Shown: piece by piece, positions 14,683 through 27,075 of the stretch
How positions within the stretch are numbered: position 1 is the stretch's first letter
Layout of the letters: each line of letters begins with the position of its first letter
Assembly (NCBI GenBank): GCA_964016885.1
Contig: OZ024744.1
Location: 57,226,001-57,290,000 of the forward strand
DNA: 64,000 nt
Direction: 5' to 3'
Source: Eledone cirrhosa
Taxonomy: Eukaryota
Notes under the pieces: model-generated
The model's input: the letters and a program-made list of their open reading frames with translations, nothing else
What the model was told of the DNA's origin: nothing
Database searches by the model: none
Made by a program: the position numbers and the translations under genes

Positions 14683-14690
<8 letters not shown>
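13980..14690. mobile_element. Two inverted RTE-like 3' fragments flanking a (TA)n tract
   Basis: VTQRRLRLAGHAHRHPE...GRGRPRLTYVD...DRDRWR on the minus strand (13986-14250) and plus strand (14440-14676). Confidence 0.8.
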
Positions 14691-14720
<30 letters not shown>

Positions 14721-15574
14721 ATTTATAGTTATGTATATATTATAAACAACTATAAACAGGAAGGTCAGTAATTTCTTATTACCTTATTACCTGTAAGAGA
14801 AATAGCTCAATGTATGAACATCAGTTGTTTTACAGAGCAGGAAAATAAATAAATTATACAATTATCAAAGTTGTGTTCAAATCATTTAATAGCTGATAAT
14901 CGTTTCTTCCAAACTCTCGTTTGGAATCATCGGAGCATTATCAATGTTTGCACATATAATTAACCTCCTATTCAACAGAACAATAATATAGATACATATA
15001 AATTGATGTTGTGAGCAACAGTTTCGTATTTACAGGGTGGAATGGATGTGACATATATTTTACGAGAATTGTACAATAATTGTACAAACATTCAAGTTCA
15101 AATTAAAATTAAAATCAAAAGCACGGAGTGGAATACATGCAACAGATAAAACAAGAGAATAGTCCAATCATTAAAGAGGCATTGAGAAAGTAGTTTTGAG
15201 AAAGGAAGAGTACATTAACAATTCATATGCAGGCGTGTGGAGAGTGCAACTGCGTTAGTCATATACATGAGGAGACAAGCAAAGCTATTATACATATATA
15301 GATGAATAAATACTGCACTTTAAGCAAATATGTTAATGTATTAGAATCTATGGTGGATGCTGTATGCTGATAGTGTTCGAATTTGTATGTGTTGAGAAAC
15401 ATACAGTTTTTGCAGACTTTTCCATGACATATGTTGAATTAAATTTTAGTTAATGTTTATATTGAATGTTTTAAGTTAGTTAGAGCAATGGATTGTAAAT
15501 TAGTCTTAATTTATTCATATTCATAGACTATATTTGATCAACCGGTAAATTTTCCAATCGTTAATTTCCGGAAG

Positions 15575-15791
15575 GCGGTTGGCCGAGTGGTTAGAGAATT
15601 GGATTCCTAATCGTGAGGTTGTGAGTTCGATTCCCGGACCGGGCGATGCGTTATGTCCTTGAGCAAGACACTTTATTTCACGTTGCTCCTTCTACCTGGA
15701 GTTGCGACCGCTAGAGAGTACTAGCAATTGGAAAGACCAACGGAAACATTGTTTCCTCGGTCCGATTTGACGAATGTCGATCGACTGTCGA
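15575..15791 (+). mobile_element. tRNA-derived SINE with a 13-bp target-site duplication
   Basis: A box TGGCCGAGTGG, B box GTTCGATTCC. TSD TAATTTCCGGAAG at 15562-15574 and 15792-15804. Confidence 0.9.
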
Positions 15792-18121
15792 TAATTTCCG
15801 GAAGTGAATAAGGGGAGGTAACTAGCTAATTAAGTTCAATTCAGTTATTAAAATTCTTTGCCCTAATACACATTATAATGTGATACCATTGAATCTCTAT
15901 TACATTATGCTATATATTTATACTTGATTTTAAATACAGTGTATTTTACTATCATACATTAAAAGTCTCTTTAGATTGTTATCTATTCATTACTGGACAA
16001 GGTATATGTTATGAAGAATTGTATAGCTGTTAATATGTCAAAATAGATATATCATATGTGTATTAATATACATTATTGTTTTGAAAGTTAATCCCTAATA
16101 TACAATGCTATTACATTTTATATTTAATTATAAATGTATATATACTTTATTATTATTGTGTTGTGTTAAAGAGAAAGATCACTTATATACATGTTATTAA
16201 TTTAAGTATTTAATTATACAATTATAAATGCATATATAGTTTATTATCACATATTACATAAATGTCTCTACATACTAAGTACCAAATATCCATTACTGTA
16301 TATGATATAATTAATCTATTGTAGTTGTATCACAAGGTGGTAACTCTATGTTTAATTCTAACTGTTATAGCAGAGCATAAGGTTAGAGATGAATAGGAGT
16401 TGTGTAGAGGAAAGAGTTGGTCGAAGGGTTTGTGGTTGTGGGTGTTGCTAAGTTCTAGATGTGTAGTGTTAATGGTGATGGGGAATTCAAATCTGACATT
16501 GTTATACTAACAACTAGGTTTAAAGTTATGGAACGAGTGCCGGTACCGGTGTTGGCACGAGGAAAATGTCTCTGACTTTCTATTAAGGAGGTCTAGTTTC
16601 GAAAAGATTATAGTATGGGTCTCCAGAAAGCAGAGATTACACAATTTATTCGGTGGTTTATGCGATGAAGCCCTACCTACTACTTCCCATTGCAGTGTAA
16701 ATGGTCTATTCCTAGTTTTCAGAGAGTGTACGTAGCCAGATAAAGAAGTGGAGCTGGCTAGATTGTGTTTTTTGAAAGAGTGGAGGTGCGAGTTGTATCT
16801 CGTCTTAAAGCTGTTCGAAGTAGAGCCTATATATGTTTTAGAAGAGTTGTTTGCGTTTACGGTGCATGAGTAGATGATGTCTTTGGTTAAGCAATTATTA
16901 CCTAAGGGGCAAGTTCTCTTAGTTCTACAGTTACATTTATTCTGGGTGTTAGCTTGTCGGTTCCTATGTTGTGAAGAATTCTGGTTGCTAGGGATAGCAC
17001 TAGGGTAATGATGTCTATCATTCGTATTGTTATTGATTTAATTAGTGCTATTATCATTATTACTATTATTACTACTATTGTTTACAGGTACTAAGTTTAC
17101 CTCCCGTTGTGTTTTAATTAGTTGGAAATAATTATTAATCTTCCTTTTATTACTACTAGCTATATGGTATGCTATGTTAGGTGTGGTGGAGTACGATATT
17201 ATTAATTGTATTTTTATTGATAAGGCCAGTCGAGAAGTTTTTTTCTAAGATTGAGAAGAAAGCCTTAGGCAAGTTAGTAGAGACGTTTAGATTGAAAGGG
17301 GGATTGAAGAATGTATTAGTTCTCCTTCTATTTTTGTTTATAGTATTGTTTTTTAGGTATTTATATCCCTGTTTATATTATTATTGTGGTGTTTACTTTG
17401 GTGCGAGATAAGTTTGGTATTAATCTTCGTCCTAGAGTTATAGTGGCTAGTGTTTTTACTATTTTTGCTCATGGCCATATTATGAGAAATAATTGTTTCT
17501 ACTTTAGGCACAAGGCCAGCAATTACCCAGTGCATTACTGGTACTTTATTTTATCGACCCCGTAAGGATGAAAGGCAAAGTCAACCTCGGCGGGATTTGA
17601 ACTCAGATCGTAAAGGGAAATAATGTTGTAACTATGTGATTTTATAGGTAGGAATTCAATCTCATTCTTATGTCCTGATTTAGCTAAGGCCTCATTATAG
17701 TAATGTGAATTATTGTTAAATATGGTTTCATTATATGATAGATTAGAGATTCTATTAGATATTCCTTTAGTAATAGAGTTTAATATGGATTTAGGGTGGT
17801 TAGAGTTGGTGTTCACATAAATTAGTTTTTCGTTAGGTTTATGAATTGTTAATGTACTCTTCCTTTCTCAAAACTACTTTCTCAATGCCTATTTAATGAT
17901 TGGACTATTCTCTTGTTTTATCTGTTGCATGTATTCCACTCCGTGCTTTTGATTTGAATTTGAACTTGAATGTTTGTAAAATGATTGTACAATTCTCGTA
18001 AAATATATTTCATATCCATTCAACCCTGTAAATACGAAACTGTTGCTCACAACATCAATTTATATGTATCTATATTATTGTTCAGTTGAATAGGAGGTTA
18101 ATTATATGTGCAAACATTGAT

Positions 18122-18173
18122 AATGCTCCGATGATTCCAAACGAGAGTTTGGAAGAAACAATTGTCAGCTATT
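18122..18173 (+). ncRNA. Hammerhead-like motif, core variant CCGATGA (inverted copy at ~14888-14940)
   Basis: GCT-CCGATGA-TTCCAAAC(GAGA)GTTTGGAA-GAAA-CAATT-GTC^AGC. 8-bp stem II and palindromic stem III. Confidence 0.7.
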
Positions 18174-18209
18174 AAATGATTTGAACACAACTTTGATAAT
18201 TGTATAATT

Positions 18210-18267
<58 letters not shown>

Positions 18268-18284
18268 TAGGCAAATATATAGGT

Positions 18285-19302
<1,018 letters not shown>

Positions 19303-19651
19303 AGGCAGATGGCTTAGTGGTTAGAGTATTGGCCTTGCAATCGAAAGGTTGTGAGTTCAATTCTCAGACCGAGTGATGTGTTGTTTCCTTGAGCAAGACA
19401 CTTTATTTCACATTTCACATTGCTCCAATTTATTCAGCTGTAGAAATGAGATGATAGGGGTCCATATCATTCCACTGCAAAGTGGTCGTGGAGGTGCCAC
19501 GGCAAAAAAGCACCCAGCACTCACTGTAAATGAGGTTGGTGTTAGGAAAGGCATCCAGCTGTAGAAATCAAGCCGGAATCAGTCCCGTCCCACCCTTGCA
19601 AGCAGGGAAAAAGCAGACGTAAAAATGATGATAATGATATATATATATATA

Positions 19652-21365
19652 TGACAGGAAGAATAGGATGAGAGTATAATGCAAACAATATGAACTTACT
19701 ATGTGTGTGTGTGCCTATTCTTAGAATATATTATTCTCATAGTAGTAGTGGTCAATCTGTCAGGCAGGCATGGCTGGCTGTCTGACTGTGTCGGTGGCCG
19801 GAAAGGTAGAAGCCAGTAAGGGCCAGGACAGAGAAAGGGTAAACAGTCTGCTAATGCTTACATCGTTTTCACTCGCTGACTGCCGCTTCGAGTCTGACCT
19901 TTGGGTTCCTAAACCCCTTGTATTTATAATAAGTGCTAAAGTTAGAAGGATGGATATATGAGGTTGATTTATGATCAGCCCTGTGGTTATCGTCTTCCAA
20001 GAGGTTGGGGTCACATGGAATGTACATTTATCATCGTTGTGTTGACAAGACAATGGTGAGAACTTCCAACGATAGATTGAAGGCGAGAAAGCTCAGATTC
20101 GGTTTTGAATCTTCGCTGGTAAAACATAAGAGTATTCCGTTATAGTACCCCCTCTAGCGAGAAAGCTAAGGATCGAATGATCAAGATGTGTGTGAGGCTA
20201 AGATAGGTATGTCTTGGTATGTGGGGTCGCTCTCGATGATCAATTCGTATGATACTTTCCCGGTGAGCGTTGAAGTGAAATTTATGCTTAGCTTGGAGTC
20301 ACCATTATTATGCACATCGCGTCTGACGCCATAGTGCGGTGAGAAGGCTGTGAGCTCGAATCATGTCGGATGTTAGAGACATCGATAAATCGTGAAGTTT
20401 TGTAAAGCAGTGAAGATTTGCAAGCGTCGTGTTCACCATTTTGTGGTGAAAAGGCTGTTGTTTTAACTCGGATCATCGTTTGTAGTGAGGAGGCTGTTGT
20501 TGTTTCGATTCTCGAGTCACCGTTGAGAAGATAATTGATGGTCACCAGTTGTAGTGTATAGTGTTGGACACCAATTGTAGGGGATAGTGAGAAGGTTGTG
20601 AGTTCGTTTCACGGGGTCACCAGTTGTAACGGATACGTTGTATTCTTTGTATGGTAGTTTTGATGAAAAGAATAATGCCATGATTGAGTTGTTAACAATG
20701 TTTATTTTACAATAACAATATTCGATTTGCACATCGCATCGAGCAATATTATTCATGACATAAACTGTCGCTACATTAAATTGTTAGCTATACGAGCCAA
20801 CATGAATGCATGTATAAGAAAAGACAATATAGTATGAGTTGTGTTGTGTCTTGCTAATACAATATGACAGGAAGAATAGGATGAGAGTATAATGCAAACA
20901 ATATGAACTTACTATGTGTGCGCCTATTCTTAGAATATATTACTCTCATAGTAGTAGTGGTCAATCTGTCAGGCAGGCATGGCTGGCTGTCTGGCTGTGT
21001 CGGTGGCCGGAAAGGTAGAAGCCAGTAAGGGCCAGGACAGAGAAAGGGTAAACAGTCGACTGATGCCTACATCGTTTTCACTCACTGACTGCCGCTTCGA
21101 GTCTGACCTTTGGGTTCCTTAACTCCTTGTATTTATAATAAGTGCTAAAGTTAGAAGGATGTATATATGAGGTTGATTTATGATCAGCCCTGTGGTTATC
21201 GTCTCCCAAGAGGTTGGGGCCACAGGTCAAGTGGAATGTACATTTATCATCGTTGTGTTGACAAGACAATGGTGAGAACTTCCAACGATAGATTGTCCCA
21301 GAGACGAGAAAGCTCAGATTCGGTTTCGAATTTTCGCCAGTAAAACATAGGAGTATTCCGTTATA
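19652..21365 (-). mobile_element. Small non-coding LTR element (TRIM-like): ~495-bp LTRs and 720-bp internal region
   Basis: Direct repeats 19652-20144 and 20865-21365. Minus-strand ends TATAAC...TGTCA. Purine tract AGAGGGGGTA immediately before the 3' LTR. TATAAATA inside the LTR. TA-repeat flanks. Confidence 0.78.
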
Positions 21366-21491
21366 CATATATATATGCACATACAAGTACGTTACATGTG
21401 TAGAAAGATATTACCATGGGGCGGGTCAGGATGGGGGTAGGGGGTAGGGTGGGATGGCGGGGAGGGGTTATTTTGTCCAGTGGCGAATTTT

Positions 21492-21745
21492 CTAAAAAGG
21501 GCATATGTGTGTGTATGTGAGTGTATTTGTAGGCACCTGGCCGTTAACCATTGTTAGCTTAATTGAACCTTCAAAATCAGGAGTGGCACACCCTGTGTGA
21601 ACTTGTCTATATAATTCTTTCTGCCTTGAGCTCTGCCGTCGGGGTCTTGAACATTTTCCTATTACCCACACTACTACCCTAAGTATTGAGTACTCTGGTG
21701 TGTTATGGTCCACCTGGTTCCTTACCACACTTCCTTCGTTATATA
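21492..21745. mobile_element. PLE-type terminal fragment (related copies at 22144-22327, 33266-33405 and 10440-10830)
   Basis: Shared motif gtattgagtac...ggtccacctggttccttaccaca. Carries the 3' half of an HHR (GAAACGGC...GCCGTC at 22202-22224). Flanked by TA repeats. Confidence 0.55.
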
Positions 21746-21752
21746 TATATAT

Positions 21753-22140
21753 AGGCACATGGCTTAGTGGTTAGAGCATTGGGCCTGCAATCGAAAGGTT
21801 GTGAATTCAATTCTCAGACCGGGTGATGTGTTGTTTCCTTGAGCAAGACACTTTATTTCACATTGCTCCAGTTTACTCAGCTGTAGAAATGAGATGATAG
21901 GACTGGGGTCCCTATCATTCCACTGTAAAGTGGTCGTGGAGGTGCCACGGCAAAAAAAAAGCAGCACCCGCCCACACTGTAAAATGGACGTATAGGTGCA
22001 ACGGAAAAAAAAGCACCCAGCACTCACTGTAAATGAGGTTGGTGTTAGGAAGGGCATCCAGCTGTAGAAATCAAGCCAGAATCAGTTCCCGTCCCACCTT
22101 TGCAAACAGGGAAAAGCGGACGTAAAATGATGATGATGAT
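21753..22140 (+). mobile_element. tRNA-derived SINE family B with RTE-type (ATG)n tail. Other copies: 4090-4428 -, 19301-19638 +, 42038-42540 -, partial 891-1000 and 53900-54057
   Basis: A box TGGCTTAGTGG, B-box-like motif, CCTTGAGCAAGACACTTT, internal ~40-bp repeats, 3' end shared with the RTE at 12113-12179. Confidence 0.88.
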
Positions 22141-22323
22141 ATATAGGAAAATGTTCAAGACCCCGACGGCAGAGCTCAAAATGTTTCCAGAAATAGCCGT
22201 CGAAACGGCTTGAGCTCTGCCGTCGGGCTCTTGAACATTTTCTTATTACCCACTCTACTACCTTAAGTATTGAGTACTCTGGTGCGTTATGGTCCACCTG
22301 GTTCCTTACCACACTTCCTTCGT

Positions 22324-22438
<115 letters not shown>

Positions 22439-22956
22439 ATATTTGGGGAGGGTCATATTTGCGTAATATTGCCAGAATTAATAACAGAACACACTCACTG
22501 TTTGGTTGGTTTTCGCTTCTCGCTGTCTTTTATATATATATATCTGCGATCTAACTTACTCGGTCCTCAATGTTGCCATTGACTGACCGGCGGTCAAAAA
22601 TAATACAGATACAATATAGACACAAACACATACATATAGTTTACATAATTTACATAAATCTTTCGTTGCACATCTGCAACATCGTCAGTGGTGTTATATT
22701 CATTGTTCCTCCTGTTGTGTTGTATGTCTACGCCATTTTTTTTGTTCAGTCTGTCTATATATTTATTTATTTATTTGCTTGTTTGTTTATCTTATTTTAT
22801 TTTGTCTTCTTTGCGCATGCGTTTGCGTGTGTGTATAGTGTTATGTGTGATGTGTGACTAGTGTGTATAGTGTTGTGTCTGCTGGGTGACTAGTGTGTGT
22901 TTATGTGCTTGTGTATGTATTTATTTATCTTATTTTATTTTATTTTATTTACTTAT

Positions 22957-25900
22957 TTATACTTCTCTTAGGTCAGTGTTGTTTGTTTGGGTGTTGTTGT
23001 TGTTCCACTCATTCTTTCTGTTTAGCTTTGGTCTTCTAATTTCTATTTCACTGGCCTCTCTGATTTGCCTATCTGCTGGGTCATTCCTATGTTTAGATAT
23101 TATTCTAATTTCTATGTTGTCTATGTTACCGTCATGTTGTTGTCTAGCATGTTCGTATAGTACTGACCCGTTTTTTCGTCCTTTTAGTTCCCCCCAGTGT
23201 TGGTCTATCCTTTCACCTATGCTACGAGCTGTCTCACCTATGTATGTTGTTGTCATGTTTCTGCAAGTACCCTCTGTACATCTTATGCTATAGACTACGT
23301 TTCTAGTTTTACAGTTTATCCGGGGGTTCACCTTACATATGATACATTTCCTATTGGTACAGTGGGTTTTCTTAAAAGGGTAGGTTTTGCTGATCAGGGA
23401 TTTTATGGTGGTTCCTGGCTTTTCTACCACCTTTATTTTTAAGTGGGTCTTTCTCAGGGCCTTTCTACACTGGTTAGCTAATTTCCCTCCAGGGGTGGCA
23501 TCCACAAACATGACACTCTGATATCTCTGGTTGTCGTACCATGATGTGGCCTTCCCTATCTTATGTCTAGCCCTATCTAAGCTATTCCATGATTTGCTCC
23601 TGTATAGTGGGCAAATTCCTTTCATGTCCAGTTCTATGAGGGTCTTATACTTTTCCATGGCTCCTTCGTATACTCTGACTCTGTCTCTTTGGTTGTAGCC
23701 AGAGAACTGCATGCGGTTAATGAAGTGTTGGATGTGTCCTTCCATTTCTGTTGGGTCGCACATGCTGGACACATTCTTCATCACTCGTACCAAATCTGTG
23801 ATCAGAATATTAAACTTAGCACTACTGGACATTGCTGAGTTTTTGAGTATCAGGTATTTGGAGGCCATGGGTTTAGCATAGTGTGAGTGGAGAATTTGGG
23901 CTCTCTCGTCTATAGTGTTAATCCAGAGTTCTGTGTCTAATACAGGTAGTCTATTGTTAGGGTGTTTGGAAGGGAAGTCTATAGTTACAGTTATACTCTG
24001 GTGTATGGAATTAGCTATCTGCTGGATGCTTTCCATCGTGCTACGTTCTAAATTAAACTTGTTAGTGCTCTCTAGTGGGGGTGTTCTTATAACTATATTG
24101 ATATCGTCTACATAACGAGAGTACATGATGAGGTCTATGGAGCTTTCATTAAGGAGATCTTTAAGTCTCCTTTCCCACCATACCATGAAAAGGTTGGCAA
24201 CATCACCAGCTATGCTGACGCCGATGGCTGCTCCCTCATTTTGGGTGTAGATTTTCTCATTGAACTTAAATATGTGGCCCTTTAGGGTAGTTTTGATACT
24301 AGCCCCTATTGCATGTGCGACCATTTTTCTTACCTGATCAGTGTTTTGGGGGGTCCGTATAGCTTTGGTCCACCCAATCCACCTTCCTATGGGAGTCTTT
24401 TTAGCCATTGAGGTTATGGTGGGGGGTCTACCTCTTATTGGTCTACTAGGGCAGAAACATCTAAGGTCATGGCTGTCTAGGTAGTCAGTGTCGTAGGTAA
24501 GTCTAAGTAGGAGGCTCAGTTCGTCTGTGTCGACGTCGCAGAACTCCACCTCACTCTCAATGATCATCTCCACACATCTTTTCACAGCAAAATCAATGTT
24601 AATGGATGGGTACAGTGACACCACATCCATGCTGCCTATTATGCAGTTGGATAGGCTCCTGTTTTTGTTGCACTCACTGATTCTGCTGAGGAGGTCCTCT
24701 GTACTTTCACATACATCTGGGGACATCTTGATTATGGGGCGTATAACCATTGAGAGGAAGTAGGAGATCCTGTAGTTGCTAGCTATATTAGCTCCGCATA
24801 CGGGTCTTGTTGGTGGTCCTGTTGTCGGGTCGTCGACTGTCTTGTGGTCTTTGCGGAGCCCATACAAGGGTGGTATGCCATTGTTAGACGCCTGGAAGTT
24901 GTTGGCAGTGCGTCTGCTTGGCTTTAGGATGTCAGTCCACATCATCATGTGAGCGTTGAGGATTTTTTCTCTCCCATCGTGTGTTAGTTGTGCAACTTCG
25001 CTCGTGTTGGTGATGTGGGGTTGCATTGCCTCGATGTAGTTCGGCATGCTATCTATTGACATCCTACCAGACTTATCTGTGGGTAGACACACTACCTCAC
25101 CATCCCTTGTGCGCTGCTTGAGGCTAACCAAGCCTTCTACAGGTTTTATCCCAAGTTGTTGGGCCTCTGGTCTGCTCTGTCTCATAGTGTACCTGTCTAC
25201 TACTTGTCTAATCTTATTTCTAGCTATGGTGAACTGTGCCTCCGTCTCGTCATCTATTTGCTGTGGTATGCAAACTCTTTTATTAAAGGGTAACCTCGTA
25301 GGATAGATATTACCCATCTTATATGTTTTGTCAGCTGGGTTGAAAAATAGTTTCTCTAAGGGGTTGTCGTTATTTCTATCGTCATAGTTGTGTGTGTTGC
25401 TATTATTGTTATCATGGTGGTTGTTGTTGTTTCTATCATTAGCATTAATATTATTATTATTGTTATGATTGCTAGATGTATTGTTGTTTACTTCATCGTT
25501 ATTGTTGTTGTTGTTACTGCTATTTCTACCATTGTGGTTGTTATTATTATTATGTTTCTTGTTTTTGTTGATGTTGCTACATGTACTATTTCCATTATTA
25601 CCACTGTGGTTATTGTTGTTGTTGTTGTTCGTATTGTTACCGTTATTACTACTGTGGTCACTGTTGCTGTGTCTGTGGTTAACGTTTCTATTATTATTAT
25701 TATTGTGGTTGTTGTTGTTCTGTCTATCGCTAGTATTATTGCCATTATCACTATTTCTCACTTTCCTGCCATTGTTATGGTTATGGCTGTTATTTCTATA
25801 CCCAGAGTTATTGTTTATATTACTACTACCGTTATTATTGTTGTTGTTGTTTACCTTTGCATTCCAACGTATTTTTGTGAAACACTTTTCCAGCTTCGTT

Positions 25901-26592
25901 TTGCATTCCATAGGGTTAATCTTTTTGTAGATGGCAAATTTTGGTGGTAACTTTAGGATTTGTTGTTCTTGTTGACTGATTAAAGTGTTCCCATAGATAT
26001 TTACTGTGTGGTCATTGGTAAATTCTTCCGGTAGTTTTACATCGCTCATACGGATGTTGTCGATGTTATCTGGGTATTTTTGAGAATATTCGATTTTCCT
26101 TTCTTGTAGTTTTTTCTTATTCATCCATTCTAATTTCTTCTTGAAATGCCTACAGCATTCGTTTTGAGCATATTTCGTTTCGCGTCGGATGACGCTCATG
26201 AAGTCATCTCTCTCGTTTGCTGTGATGAGATTTCGGATTTCCTTACCGTTGATGCGTTTTTGTCTGTAGAGTGCGTTGACTTTTGTGTATGTTGTTCTTT
26301 TCATATTAACTGTTATTGTGTGTTTTAGCCGTTCAGCTTGTGTTTTGTTCAATAATAAATTATTTACTTGTTTTGATATGTTTGTTGTGTATGTTTTGGA
26401 GGAAACACAGTGTTTTAAGAAGCGGATTTGTTCTGTTGTTATTGTAGTTTTTATATAACAGAAAACAGTGTCTTTCAATAACCTTTCAGCTTGGCACAAG
26501 CTAATGCCATAGCGGCGATGAATTAGTTTTGCGAGGTTTTTTATATGAAATCGTGTGTCGAAACAGATATTGTTATATTTGGGGAGGGTCAT
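22957..26592 (-). CDS. Intact PLE polyprotein, 1211 aa: N-terminal domain, Asn-rich insert, reverse transcriptase, Cys linker, C-terminal GIY-YIG endonuclease (Nematis/Neptune-like)
   Basis: PLE RT motifs TDKSG, LYGLRKDHK, PTRPV, MDVVSLYPSI, GAAIG, YSRYVDD, LPVLD. Linker CTNRKCIIC...C. Endonuclease VVYSIRC...YIGETARSIGERIDQH...RQIREASEI...PKLNRK. Confidence 0.95.
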   Translation of the reverse strand: MTLPKYNNICFDTRFHIKNLAKLIHRRYGISLCQAERLLKDTVFCYIKTTITTEQIRFLKHCVSSKTYTTNISKQVNNLLLNKTQAERLKHTITVNMKRTTYTKVNALYRQKRINGKEIRNLITANERDDFMSVIRRETKYAQNECCRHFKKKLEWMNKKKLQERKIEYSQKYPDNIDNIRMSDVKLPEEFTNDHTVNIYGNTLISQQEQQILKLPPKFAIYKKINPMECKTKLEKCFTKIRWNAKVNNNNNNNGSSNINNNSGYRNNSHNHNNGRKVRNSDNGNNTSDRQNNNNHNNNNNRNVNHRHSNSDHSSNNGNNTNNNNNNNHSGNNGNSTCSNINKNKKHNNNNNHNGRNSSNNNNNNDEVNNNTSSNHNNNNNINANDRNNNNHHDNNNSNTHNYDDRNNDNPLEKLFFNPADKTYKMGNIYPTRLPFNKRVCIPQQIDDETEAQFTIARNKIRQVVDRYTMRQSRPEAQQLGIKPVEGLVSLKQRTRDGEVVCLPTDKSGRMSIDSMPNYIEAMQPHITNTSEVAQLTHDGREKILNAHMMMWTDILKPSRRTANNFQASNNGIPPLYGLRKDHKTVDDPTTGPPTRPVCGANIASNYRISYFLSMVIRPIIKMSPDVCESTEDLLSRISECNKNRSLSNCIIGSMDVVSLYPSINIDFAVKRCVEMIIESEVEFCDVDTDELSLLLRLTYDTDYLDSHDLRCFCPSRPIRGRPPTITSMAKKTPIGRWIGWTKAIRTPQNTDQVRKMVAHAIGASIKTTLKGHIFKFNEKIYTQNEGAAIGVSIAGDVANLFMVWWERRLKDLLNESSIDLIMYSRYVDDINIVIRTPPLESTNKFNLERSTMESIQQIANSIHQSITVTIDFPSKHPNNRLPVLDTELWINTIDERAQILHSHYAKPMASKYLILKNSAMSSSAKFNILITDLVRVMKNVSSMCDPTEMEGHIQHFINRMQFSGYNQRDRVRVYEGAMEKYKTLIELDMKGICPLYRSKSWNSLDRARHKIGKATSWYDNQRYQSVMFVDATPGGKLANQCRKALRKTHLKIKVVEKPGTTIKSLISKTYPFKKTHCTNRKCIICKVNPRINCKTRNVVYSIRCTEGTCRNMTTTYIGETARSIGERIDQHWGELKGRKNGSVLYEHARQQHDGNIDNIEIRIISKHRNDPADRQIREASEIEIRRPKLNRKNEWNNNNTQTNNTDLREV

Positions 26593-27075
26593 ATTTGCGT
26601 AATATTGCCAGAATTAATAACAGAACACACTCACTGTTTGGTTGGTTTTCGCTTCTCGCTGTCTTTTATATATATATATCTGCGATCTAACTTACTCGGT
26701 CCTCAATGTTGCCATTGACTGACCGGCGGTCAAAAATAATACAGATACAATATAGACACAAACACATACATATAGTTTACATAATTTACATAAATCTTTC
26801 GTTGCACATCTGCAACATCGTCAGTGGTGTTATATTCATTGTTCCTCCTGTTGTGTTGTATGTCTACGCCATTTTTTTTGTTCAGTCTGTCTATATATTT
26901 ATTTATTTATTTGCTTGTTTGTTTATCTTATTTTATTTTGTCTTCTTTGCGCATGCGTTTGCGCGTGTGTATAGTGTTATGTGTGATGTGTGACTAGTGT
27001 GTATAGTGTTGTGTCTGCTGGGTGACTAGTGTGTGTTTATGTGCTTGTGTATGTATTTATTTATCTTATTTTATT

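Larger units (their letters stand above)
14720..18212 (-). mobile_element. Degenerate PLE of a different clade (possibly Hydra-type): RT thumb, GIY-YIG, long 3' region and inverted 5' pLTR
   Basis: Minus-strand translation NTNSNHPKSI...; FFNPPFNLNVSTN; NCRTKRTCPLGNNCLTKDIIYSCTV...TYIGSTSNSFKTRYNSH...CNLCFLE...LLNRKSE (~16540-16940). ~14852-15218 is inverted at ~17845-18210. Confidence 0.82.

Noticed and set aside
15575-15650. tRNA gene
   Set aside because: tRNA-like SINE head with body and TSD; no complete acceptor stem.
25390-25950. Hydrophobic, membrane-like ORFs antisense to the PLE (also 27660-28220)
   Set aside because: Antisense shadow of the Asn-rich segment.
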